This document shows positions 10,345 through 20,678 of a stretch of DNA of 64,000 bases, piece after piece. The position numbers and the translations under genes were made by a program. The notes below the pieces were generated by a model, which saw nothing but the letters and a program-made list of their open reading frames with translations, was not told the DNA's origin and did not search any database. Location: assembly GCA_964640185.1 (NCBI GenBank), contig CAZXGF010000014.1:3573-67572 (forward strand). The letters are read 5' to 3'. How positions within the stretch are numbered: the stretch's first letter is position 1; each line of letters opens with the position of its first letter. The stretch comes from an uncultured Verrucomicrobiota bacterium. GTDB lineage: Bacteria; Auribacterota; JABMQX01.

Positions 10345-11009
10345 CGCCGGGTGAGAGAGAAGACAATTTCGCCCACAGAAGACAGGCCATGGTGCGAAAG
10401 CAGCTCGAGGGCAAGGGAATCAAGGACCCCCGAGTTTTAGACGCGATGCGGAGGGTGCCCAGAGAGAAATTCGTTCTGCCGAGTGACCGGAGGGAAGCTC
10501 ATGCGGACACTCCTTTGCCCATCAACTTCGGGCAGACAATTTCCCAGCCGTATATGGTGGCGCTGATGACGGAATGTCTGCAACTGGAAGGAGCGGAAAA
10601 AGTGCTTGAAATCGGCACGGGTTCCGGGTATCAAACAGCGATATTGTGTCTCCTTTGCGAGATGGTTTACTCGGTTGAAAAGCATCCTGAGCTTCATGCG
10701 AAGGCGAGCGCGGTGCTGAGGGAACTGGGACTGGAAAATCTTCGTCTTAAGGAGGGTGACGGGACAAAAGGCTGGCCTGAGAACGCCCCCTATGACGGCA
10801 TCATCGTAACCGCGGGGGCGCCGGAGATTCCGCAGCCTCTCATCGAGCAGTTGACAGTCGGGGGCCGGCTGGTGATACCCGTGGGCGACGCGTGCACGCA
10901 AGTTCTGAAAGAACTGGTAAAAACGAAAAGCGGGTACGACGTGAAGGACGTGTGCGGATGCAGGTTTGTTCCCCTGGTGGGCGAGTACGGGTGGAAGGAG
11001 TCAGGATAG
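10338..11009 (+). CDS. pcm: Protein-L-isoaspartate O-methyltransferase
   Basis: VPREKFV, GQTISQPYMVA, VLEIGTGSGYQTA, APYDGIIVTAGA and CRFVPLVG motifs. Confidence 0.96.
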   Translation: MLTPGEREDNFAHRRQAMVRKQLEGKGIKDPRVLDAMRRVPREKFVLPSDRREAHADTPLPINFGQTISQPYMVALMTECLQLEGAEKVLEIGTGSGYQTAILCLLCEMVYSVEKHPELHAKASAVLRELGLENLRLKEGDGTKGWPENAPYDGIIVTAGAPEIPQPLIEQLTVGGRLVIPVGDACTQVLKELVKTKSGYDVKDVCGCRFVPLVGEYGWKESG

Positions 11010-11118
11010 TCGGAGGAGAAAAAGTTTGCCTGCCGAAAAGGACGGCGAAGCGCGACAGGACTGGCGGCAACTGGTTTTGGCGGGAGCGGATGATGAGCCG
11101 TGAGCGGAAAGGAAATGT

Positions 11119-11751
11119 ATGGCAATTCTCGAAAACGTGGCAAGCTGGATAAAGGGCTTTCTCTCTCCGGAATACTTTCATTACTGGCTGATTGTTTTGT
11201 CCGCCACGGCGATTGTAGAGTCCTCGATTTTCCCGACACAGCTCCTGTTCCTGATGCCGCCGGACGTGCCGCTGGTGATTTTCGCCGTCCTCAAACCGGA
11301 GTCGGCGCTTCTTTTCGGGTTGGTGTGCACGGTTGGCTCGGTCATTGGAGGGGCATTCGGTTTCTTTCTGGGGAGACGAGGCGGGCGGCCGATCCTCCTC
11401 AAGTTTTTCGGCGAGGATAAGATTGCCGCCGTTGATAAGCTCTATGCAAAGTACGGCGTCGCGGCGGTGGGGATAGCTGGCTTCACGCCTCTGCCCTACA
11501 TTGCCTTCACATGGTCGGCGGGCGCTTTTAGGCTCGACTTTCGCCCCTTCATTTTGATATCATTATTAAGTCGAGGAACCAGATTCTTTGCAGAGGCGGT
11601 TTTCTGTAGGCTCTGGGGCGAGAAGTTTAGGAGCTTTTTTCAGCAATATTTCAACTGGGCGACCGTTGGCGTCGCAGCCGTGGTCGTGCTGCTGGCTCTG
11701 CTCGTTCGGCGAGTCATAAGCAGGAGGCGAAGAGCCAGGATGAAGGCTTAG
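11119..11751 (+). CDS. YqaA/DedA (VTT domain) membrane protein
   Basis: ESSIFP...PPDVPL, TVGSVIGGAFGFFLG and GFTPLPY...SAG motifs; hydrophobic; the usual neighbour of pcm. Confidence 0.85.
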   Translation: MAILENVASWIKGFLSPEYFHYWLIVLSATAIVESSIFPTQLLFLMPPDVPLVIFAVLKPESALLFGLVCTVGSVIGGAFGFFLGRRGGRPILLKFFGEDKIAAVDKLYAKYGVAAVGIAGFTPLPYIAFTWSAGAFRLDFRPFILISLLSRGTRFFAEAVFCRLWGEKFRSFFQQYFNWATVGVAAVVVLLALLVRRVISRRRRARMKA

Positions 11752-11863
11752 CGAGCATGCCGGCGGAGTCAAGGGCGTCTGGTGGAATTGACCCGGGTCG
11801 CCAGCGAAATGCTCGGGGCCCCAGCGGGGCGAAAGGTGTTCGCAGGCGATTCTGATATTATAT

Positions 11864-11937
11864 CGGGGTGTAGCTCAGTGGTTTAGAGCACTGCCTTCGG
11901 GAGGCAGGGGTCGCTGGTTCAAATCCAGTCACCCCGA
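11864..11937 (+). tRNA. tRNA-Pro (anticodon CGG)
   Basis: CGGGGTG acceptor stem pairs with CACCCCG; D-arm TAGCTCAGTGGTTTAGAGC; anticodon arm CTGCC-TTCGGGA-GGCAG; T-loop GGTTCAAATCC; CCA not encoded. Confidence 0.95.
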
Positions 11938-11985
11938 TTTTTGCACTGTGATACGGTGCCGTGGCTCGGCAGTGGGCTATAGAGG

Positions 11986-12255
11986 ATGAGACGTCTTCAC
12001 GTATTCTTCTCGGGGTACGTTCAAGGTGTGGGGTTTCGCTTCACGGCCCGGAGGGTTGCCCAATCGCTCGACTTGGTCGGCTGGGTGAAAAACTGTTACG
12101 ACGGGCGGGTGGAGCTCGTCGCTGAAGGCGAGCAAGAATTTCTCAAACAGATTCTGAATCAGCTCAACAGAGCCTTCGAACGTTACGTTAAGAGTTCGGA
12201 GGTGACCTGGTCGGAGGCGACCGGGGAGTTCACTTGCTTTTCCATAAGATTCTGA
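11986..12255 (+). CDS. acyP: Acylphosphatase
   Basis: [11 protein letters not shown] and [12 protein letters not shown] motifs; 89 aa. Confidence 0.93.
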   Translation: MRRLHVFFSGYVQGVGFRFTARRVAQSLDLVGWVKNCYDGRVELVAEGEQEFLKQILNQLNRAFERYVKSSEVTWSEATGEFTCFSIRF

Positions 12256-12256
12256 G

Positions 12257-13075
12257 ATGAAGAACATCTGGCATTTGTCCATCGTCTCCTACAAAGACTC
12301 CATTCGCAAGCGGATACTGTGGGTCTTCCTCATCTTCTCTTTCGTGTTGATCTTCACTTCCGTGGCTCTGAAGGTGATTTCCCTGGACAGGGCGAGCGTT
12401 TTCGACCGGACGGCTGGTCTCGCTACGGCCGACCCCTCGGCTACGGAAGAGAAGATGACCAAGGACATGGGTGTTGCCAGCATTGCCATTTTCGCCGTCC
12501 TCATCGTTCTGTTCACCGCCGCCAGCCAGATTCCCGAAGAGGTCGAGGGGCGGACTCTGTACACTCTCCTGACCTTTCCCTTGAAACGGCGGCACTACAT
12601 TCTGGGAAAGTTCCTCGGGCAGGTGCTGGTGATACTGACGATTGTGCCGGTGATGACCGTTATCCTTTACGCCGCTCTTTTTGTCAGGTACAAATCATTT
12701 GACCCCGTGATGCTGAAGGGGATTTATGCCCTGATCGTTCAGCTATCGGTGCTGGCATCGGTTTGCGTGATGCTTTCGACGTTCGCACCGGTCAACTTCA
12801 ATATTATCTTCTGTTTCGTTCTTTTTCTGGCGGGACACACCACCGGATACATCAAGACCCTCGCGGAGGGGGCGAGCTTTCTGCCGGCGAAATGGGGGCT
12901 AATCGCTGCTTACACGGCAATCCCGAACTTCGAGTACTTCAACCTCTCCAACGAACTGGCATTGAAGGCTGACGTTTCGTACGCGTACCTGCTCTCGATA
13001 ACGCTTTACGGGCTGATATACGCGACGAGCATGTTGACGATCGGGGTGGCGGCTTTTAAGGACAGGCAGGTTTAG
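12257..13075 (+). CDS. ABC-2 type exporter permease
   Basis: Six hydrophobic segments; EVEGRTLYTLLTFPLKRRHYILGKFLG motif. Confidence 0.85.
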   Translation: MKNIWHLSIVSYKDSIRKRILWVFLIFSFVLIFTSVALKVISLDRASVFDRTAGLATADPSATEEKMTKDMGVASIAIFAVLIVLFTAASQIPEEVEGRTLYTLLTFPLKRRHYILGKFLGQVLVILTIVPVMTVILYAALFVRYKSFDPVMLKGIYALIVQLSVLASVCVMLSTFAPVNFNIIFCFVLFLAGHTTGYIKTLAEGASFLPAKWGLIAAYTAIPNFEYFNLSNELALKADVSYAYLLSITLYGLIYATSMLTIGVAAFKDRQV

Positions 13076-13120
13076 TTAAGGTTATACGCAATGGCCCCCA
13101 ATAGGAGAAGTAGGAAGGAG

Positions 13121-13555
13121 ATGAAAAAGATAAGAATTGCTCTTGGTTCAAACGATGGCGAGAACGTTTGGGTAGGTCATATGGGTATGGCAAAAGACTT
13201 TTATGTATATGATGTTTCTCGCGATCGAAACTTGAGTTTTGTAGAGAAGAGAAAGAATACATCGCCGAATGAAGAAGGAAAACATGGGGTTCGTGAAAAG
13301 ATGAAAGCAGTCATGGACATACTTAAAGATGCGGATGTTATTATAGGTAAGACAATAAGCCCTAACTTCGTACGAATAGCGGTTAACACAAAACTTCAAC
13401 CTGTCGTAATAAGGATTGATAAGATTTCCGAAATTATGAAAGCAGTTGTAAAATGCTTTAGTGAAATTTGCAGCGTGGTTGAAGAAAGGCAAAAGGGTAA
13501 CAGATCCAAAGAGATACCTGAATTAGGCAAAAAGGATTTAGAAAAAATTGATTAG
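13121..13555 (+). CDS. NifB/NifX-family (dinitrogenase Fe-Mo cofactor-binding-like) small protein; low-GC insertion
   Basis: KIRIALGSNDGENVWVGHMGMAKDFYVYD and DADVII...ISPNF pattern; sampled lines 28-45% GC against about 55-60% in the flanks; start behind AAGGAG. Confidence 0.75.
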   Translation: MKKIRIALGSNDGENVWVGHMGMAKDFYVYDVSRDRNLSFVEKRKNTSPNEEGKHGVREKMKAVMDILKDADVIIGKTISPNFVRIAVNTKLQPVVIRIDKISEIMKAVVKCFSEICSVVEERQKGNRSKEIPELGKKDLEKID

Positions 13556-13702
13556 AAATAATACAGCATAAAAGGTTGGTGCCTTCTGGCATTGACCCAA
13601 GTTTTTGTGACGCAAAAACTTCTTTTATGCTGGAGACCAACAATGGTGGCCCGGGGCATCACCCGGGAGCAACAACGAAGCTAAGAGGTCAGCGAAGCCA
13701 AC

Positions 13703-14566
13703 ATGAACAGGAACGTCGTGGTAAGAACGATAGACCTCACCAAGGTCTATAGGACCTTCTGGGGCAGGACGTACGTGCGTGCCCTGAACAAGGTCAACAT
13801 GGAAGTTTACGAAGGAGAAGTTTTTGCCCTGCTCGGGCCGAACGGCTCGGGGAAAACCACTACCATGAAGCTCCTTCTGGGAATCATGTTTCCGACGGAG
13901 GGGCGGGTGGAGGTTTTAGGCAAGTCCCCTCGAAACGTCGAGATCAAAAACGATCTCGGCTTCATGCCGGAGGAATCGTACCTCTATCGCTTCCTGAACG
14001 CCAACGAGACCTTGAACTTTTACGGGAGTTTGATGGGCCTGGACGGAAAAACGAGGAAGAAGAGGATTGACGAAGTGCTGGAGACGGTGGGGCTGACCGA
14101 GGCCCGGAAGAGGCGGACGAGAGAGTACTCCAAAGGGATGTCGCGACGAATAGGAATGGCCCAGGTTCTCCTGAAGGATCCAAAGCTTGTGATACTTGAC
14201 GAGCCGACAATCGGGCTCGACCCTATGGGTGCGAGGGAGATGAAAGACGTCATATTGGGGCTGAAGGAAAGAGGGAAAACTGTCATCATGTCGTCGCACC
14301 TTCTCTCCGAGGTGCAGGACATCTCCGACCGCATAGCCATCCTCCACCGAGGGGACCTGATTAAGACGGATTACGTGGGGAACCTTCTGACCATAGAGGA
14401 CACCTGGCAGATCATCGCCAGGAACCTGAACGAAGGAACGCGGGGAAAGGTTCGGGACGTGATTCGGGAAGGCGGTGGGGAGCTGCAAGCGATTGGCCAT
14501 GCGAGGGAGTCCCTGGAATCGCTCTTCCTGAAAACCATCAGAAAAGAGGAAGAAGTCGAAAAGTGA
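13703..14566 (+). CDS. ABC transporter ATP-binding protein
   Basis: Walker A GPNGSGKTT, signature YSKGM, Walker B LVILDEPT, H-loop SSH. Confidence 0.95.
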   Translation: MNRNVVVRTIDLTKVYRTFWGRTYVRALNKVNMEVYEGEVFALLGPNGSGKTTTMKLLLGIMFPTEGRVEVLGKSPRNVEIKNDLGFMPEESYLYRFLNANETLNFYGSLMGLDGKTRKKRIDEVLETVGLTEARKRRTREYSKGMSRRIGMAQVLLKDPKLVILDEPTIGLDPMGAREMKDVILGLKERGKTVIMSSHLLSEVQDISDRIAILHRGDLIKTDYVGNLLTIEDTWQIIARNLNEGTRGKVRDVIREGGGELQAIGHARESLESLFLKTIRKEEEVEK

Positions 14567-15447
14567 TCGCTTTTCTGACACCCCTGAAAACCTATTGGCC
14601 GGAGATTCAGATCGGGTTGGGAGTGGTTTGTCTAACGTTGCTTGTGGCGGGGGGCTCGTTGAGGACTGTCCGAGCGATCGCCTTCAACACCATCAGAGAA
14701 GAACTGCGTAAAAAAATACTGTTCTTTCTCGTTCTTTTCGGCATCGTGCTCATAGTGGCTTCGGGCGCCATATCGAGAGTGCAGCCCGGAAGGGAAGGGG
14801 AAGCCGTAGCCCAGGTGGGGCTGTTTGTCGTCGGGCTATTCGGAATGCTGGTGGCGGTTTTTTCAGCGACCACTGCTCTCTTTTCGGAAATCAGAAGTCG
14901 CACAATCTTTCTTCTCTTTTCGCATCCCGTCTGGAGCTTTCACATTATTCTGGGGAAGTTTCTTGGAGTAGTGGGCGTCGTTTTTGTTTCGGTGGCGCTG
15001 ATGGGGACGGGATTGGTGGTCTATTTCACCCTGACGCCGTGGTGGACGCTGACGGGGAGAGTCGCGCTGGCGGTCGTGCTCTTATTCTTCCAGCTCGTCA
15101 TGTTGACAGCGATGTGCGTGCTTGGCTCAACCTTCTTGTCCCGAATAACGAACATTCTCCTTTCGCTGGTTCTCTTTTTCATCGGCAGCGGGTATCTGTT
15201 TTTCAAAGATGTGACGGCGATGATGAAGGTCACTTTGATGAAGTACTACGTTCTCGCCTTCCTCTACATCCTGCCCAACTTTCAGAAGTTCGTAGTGCCG
15301 GCGAAAGCGTTCTCAGGCGAATCTTCGCTCGGGGCCATTCGCGTTCTTTCCGCTGTGGGCGATTCTCTTTTTCGGGCAGCCGCAATGGTAGCTTTGGGAA
15401 TACTCTTTTTCCGTGTGAAGGAAGTGGGAACCGAGAGATGGGAGTGA
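14563..15447 (+). CDS. ABC-2 type exporter permease (paralog of 12257..13075)
   Basis: EIRSRTIFLLFSHP...ILGKFLG and YILPNF motifs; multiple TM segments. Confidence 0.85.
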   Translation: MIAFLTPLKTYWPEIQIGLGVVCLTLLVAGGSLRTVRAIAFNTIREELRKKILFFLVLFGIVLIVASGAISRVQPGREGEAVAQVGLFVVGLFGMLVAVFSATTALFSEIRSRTIFLLFSHPVWSFHIILGKFLGVVGVVFVSVALMGTGLVVYFTLTPWWTLTGRVALAVVLLFFQLVMLTAMCVLGSTFLSRITNILLSLVLFFIGSGYLFFKDVTAMMKVTLMKYYVLAFLYILPNFQKFVVPAKAFSGESSLGAIRVLSAVGDSLFRAAAMVALGILFFRVKEVGTERWE

Positions 15448-15455
15448 GCTGAAAA

Positions 15456-16706
15456 GTGCTCGACAGGAAGCTTGTACATTACCTCGTCGCGGTCATCCTG
15501 TTGGCGAGCCTCGTCCCTCTTCAGACAAATATTGAGCAGAGGAGGGTCGAGGAGAAGCTCGTCGTACAGCGCCAAGGGAGTGTTCGCCCCGGGGAGACGG
15601 CCATCGGACTTCTTCTGGCGGGCTTCCGGGGACTGGCTGCCAACATGCTGTGGTTCCGGGCGACAGTTCTTTTCGAGCAGCAGCGAGTCACCGAAGAGAT
15701 CCCCCTTTTCCAGGCCATTTCCTACCTCCAACCGCGCTTTCGCGCGACGTGGTCCTTCGGGGGCTGGCACATGGCCTACAATGTTTCCGCGTCCTTCTAC
15801 GACCGGAAGGACCTCACGGACGAGCAGGTGGATGACCGCCGATACCAGTGCTTCGAAATCGCTGAGCAGTTCCTCAGAAAAGGGATCAAGTACAACTACT
15901 ATCACTACGACCTCCATTGGGACCTCGGATTCTCCATCCTCTATTACAAGATATATAGGCTCAACAAGGAGAAGGGATGGCCGGGAGGGAACGAAGCTTT
16001 GCGGGCGGCATTGAAGGAAATGAGAATCGCCTCGCTGTTTCAGCCCCCTCTGGCCCAGCATCCCGCGTACGTGGGCAGAATCATCGCCATCATCATGAAA
16101 GAGGGCGATATGCTGGATGAAGCGTATAAGCAATGGTACAGGCTGAAGACCTGGCCCCACGAACAGGAGAACTTGAGGATCGTCGCAAAGCACATGAAGC
16201 GGGTCGTCGAGACGATAAAGATAAGCGACGCCAAGGCTTATGCGCTCGCCCTCGAAAAGGACGAGAAGCTGCAAGACGCCTATAAAACCTGGTACAACCT
16301 GCTGACCGGAGCCAAACAGAAGAAGGTGGAGCTTGCCGAGGATAAGTTCTCAGACCCGAGAGACATAAAGAAAACGGATAAGGACGTGGAGTCCTTTACG
16401 GAAAACGTCGCTCGCCTCGGGGAGGCGTTGAAGAAGCAGCGAGTGGATGTCGAGCCGCTTCAAAAGGCTGCCCCCGAAGAGAAAACGCCGCCGGCTCTGC
16501 GGAAGCGAATTGACGAGCATTTCAACTCCTTGGAAAAGGAGGCCACGAAAGAGCAGGCAGCCGACAAAGCAGAAACCATGAAAATGTACCGAGAACTGAC
16601 TAAAGCCGCGCCGGGGCTTGACTGGTGGTGGGTGATGCGATTCGTCCTGCTGTTGGTGCTGGCGGCGGGGCGCCTGATTTTTGGGAAGGAAACGTATGCG
16701 AGTTGA
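15456..16706 (+). CDS. Membrane-anchored helical (TPR-like) hypothetical protein linked to the ABC-2 exporter
   Basis: N-terminal and C-terminal TM segments; conserved-looking LAGFRGLAANMLW and WSFGGWHMAYNVS blocks; tightly coupled to its neighbours. Confidence 0.6.
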   Translation: MLDRKLVHYLVAVILLASLVPLQTNIEQRRVEEKLVVQRQGSVRPGETAIGLLLAGFRGLAANMLWFRATVLFEQQRVTEEIPLFQAISYLQPRFRATWSFGGWHMAYNVSASFYDRKDLTDEQVDDRRYQCFEIAEQFLRKGIKYNYYHYDLHWDLGFSILYYKIYRLNKEKGWPGGNEALRAALKEMRIASLFQPPLAQHPAYVGRIIAIIMKEGDMLDEAYKQWYRLKTWPHEQENLRIVAKHMKRVVETIKISDAKAYALALEKDEKLQDAYKTWYNLLTGAKQKKVELAEDKFSDPRDIKKTDKDVESFTENVARLGEALKKQRVDVEPLQKAAPEEKTPPALRKRIDEHFNSLEKEATKEQAADKAETMKMYRELTKAAPGLDWWWVMRFVLLLVLAAGRLIFGKETYAS

Positions 16707-17439
16707 CCCGATACCGGCGAAATACGCGATTTTTGGGGATGTGCATGGAAATCTGGAGGCACTGAACGCTGTCCTTGAGTCCATGAAGGAGGAGGGAGTC
16801 ACCCACTACGCCTGCGTCGGCGATACCGTCGGGTACGGGGGCAACCCCGTGGAGTGTGTGGAGAAGATTCGAGCGCTGGGCTGCAAAGTCGTCCTCGGCA
16901 ATCACGACGCAGGTGTGGTTGGCAAGACCGATATTCGCTTTTTCAACAGCGCCGCCAGGGAGGCTGTGGAGTGGTCAAAAGAAACGCTCAACGGCACTTC
17001 GACGAGTTTCCTCTCAGCTCTCCCGTACGTCGCCAGGGAGGAATGTTTCACGCTCGTACATGCCAGCCTCGGCCACCCGGAGCAGTGGACGTACATCTTC
17101 AGCTCTTTCGAGGCGGAATCGTTCTTCCCCTATCAGGAAGATGCAGTGTGCTTTGTGGGGCACACGCACATCCCATGCTGCTTCTCCACGAACCCCTCGC
17201 GCCCTTTGAGCCGGGCGAGGAGCATTCGCTTGAAGCCCGCGACGAAATATATCATCAATGTCGGCAGCGTTGGGCAGCCGAGGGATAACAACCCTATGGC
17301 GTCCTATGTGGTGTACGATTTGATGGAGAATCTAATAAAGTTCGTTCGCGTGCCGTACGACGTAGCCACGGCGCAGAAGAAAATCATCGCCGCCGGCCTG
17401 CCTCACGTCCTCGCCATGAGACTGGAGTGGGGGAAGTGA
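16696..17439 (+). CDS. Metallophosphoesterase (calcineurin-like, YfcE/PrpA type)
   Basis: GDVHGN, VGDTVGYG, LGNHD, VHAS, GHTH and NVGSVGQPRD motifs. Confidence 0.92.
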   Translation: MRVDPIPAKYAIFGDVHGNLEALNAVLESMKEEGVTHYACVGDTVGYGGNPVECVEKIRALGCKVVLGNHDAGVVGKTDIRFFNSAAREAVEWSKETLNGTSTSFLSALPYVAREECFTLVHASLGHPEQWTYIFSSFEAESFFPYQEDAVCFVGHTHIPCCFSTNPSRPLSRARSIRLKPATKYIINVGSVGQPRDNNPMASYVVYDLMENLIKFVRVPYDVATAQKKIIAAGLPHVLAMRLEWGK

Positions 17440-17966
17440 TACCACGTGGGCGCAGCCGCTTTGTGGCGTGTTGGAGGTGGCTTGCAGTCCTGGCCTGGGC
17501 TGGATTTATCTGGTGGCTCACCTCGCTCCCTCCTGAAAAGGTACCGGAGCTCGGCTTCACTCACTGGGAAGACAAGCTGGTCCATGCCGCCCTGTTCTGC
17601 GTGTGGGGACTCCTCGTCTGCTGGGCCGCCCCGCGCGGGGCCGGGTCGCTCCACGGTCTCTCAAGGATCGCGGTTGCATTGCTATCTGTCCTTGCGGCGG
17701 CAGCCTATGGGGTTTTGACGGAGCTGCATCAGGCCGGCATAGGGCGCAACGCAGATATGCTCGACGTCCTCGCGGACGTGGCAGGAGCGGCGGTGGCTCC
17801 CTATCTCTACTTCTCTTCAAAACTGAAAAACCTGCTGAAAAGAATCACACCGAAGCGAGGAGGTTGTATGCGGCATCTCGGCAGCCAAGCTCGTTCCTCT
17901 CCATCGAAGCCGGACGCTGAACGTTCCCTCAAGCCTCCGGAGCAACCTAAGCCTTCTGGTTCATAA
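17427..17966 (+). CDS. VanZ-family membrane protein
   Basis: DKLVHAALF, YGVLTELHQ and GRNADMLDVLADVAG motifs. Confidence 0.85.
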   Translation: MGEVIPRGRSRFVACWRWLAVLAWAGFIWWLTSLPPEKVPELGFTHWEDKLVHAALFCVWGLLVCWAAPRGAGSLHGLSRIAVALLSVLAAAAYGVLTELHQAGIGRNADMLDVLADVAGAAVAPYLYFSSKLKNLLKRITPKRGGCMRHLGSQARSSPSKPDAERSLKPPEQPKPSGS

Positions 17967-18030
17967 GTTCCACCACGCATTTGGGTGCTGCATATTGGAG
18001 GCAGCCACACACTCTTCGCAGCTTGGATGA

Positions 18031-20133
<2,103 letters not shown>

Positions 20134-20187
20134 GTTCCCTATCCCCATGTGCGACACACCTGTCAAGAGCGAAATGCTGTTGCCTGC

Positions 20188-20275
20188 AATGCCTCAGTTA
20201 CCGGCGGCTGAGGCTGGAACCGCAGAGCACGCAGAGGGACGTGGCATGGGCATCTTGCCCATGAGTGTTCACGGG
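20188..20275 (+). repeat. Dispersed repeat Y, copy 1 (CCTCAG/CTGAGG hairpin plus GCATGGGCATCTTGCCCATG REP)
   Basis: Homologous to 33211-33306 (same strand) and 59730-59788 (opposite strand). Confidence 0.8.
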
Positions 20276-20678
20276 TCCCCGCCCCGGCCGGCTATCCGCC
20301 CGAGACGGAGGGATTACTCCTGACACCTCAAAGGTCTTGACACGGGGACTTAGTTGCGGCAGTCTCAGGGCGTGCAAGTGATTGACAAGGAACCGGAGGT
20401 TTACCGGCTCCTGGAAGGATTGGCTGCTCCTTTGCGGTAGCTTTGAGCCAACGGTTTTCTCGTCGCGATTGCGTGGCGAAACGAGTTCCCACGACGCGGG
20501 CAGTGCCCGTGCCAAACCTTCCTATTAAGACCTCGCCACCCTTTGCTGACTGTACAGGGGCACAGTGAAAAGAAAGCAATGGTGCCTGATGCCTCTCGAC
20601 GCCGACAGACAGTCCACAAAAGCAAATGCACTGGAATTCGCCTATGCTCAAATCTTTGGCAAGAAAGGAGAAGGTCTG

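Noticed and set aside
11752-11863. GC-rich stretch before tRNA-Pro as a possible ncRNA such as SRP RNA
   Set aside because: Lacks the SRP helix-8 motif and any family signature I recognise.
11864-11937. tRNA-Pro as an island integration site
   Set aside because: No duplicated 3' fragment was seen in the window and the flanking genes are housekeeping-like.
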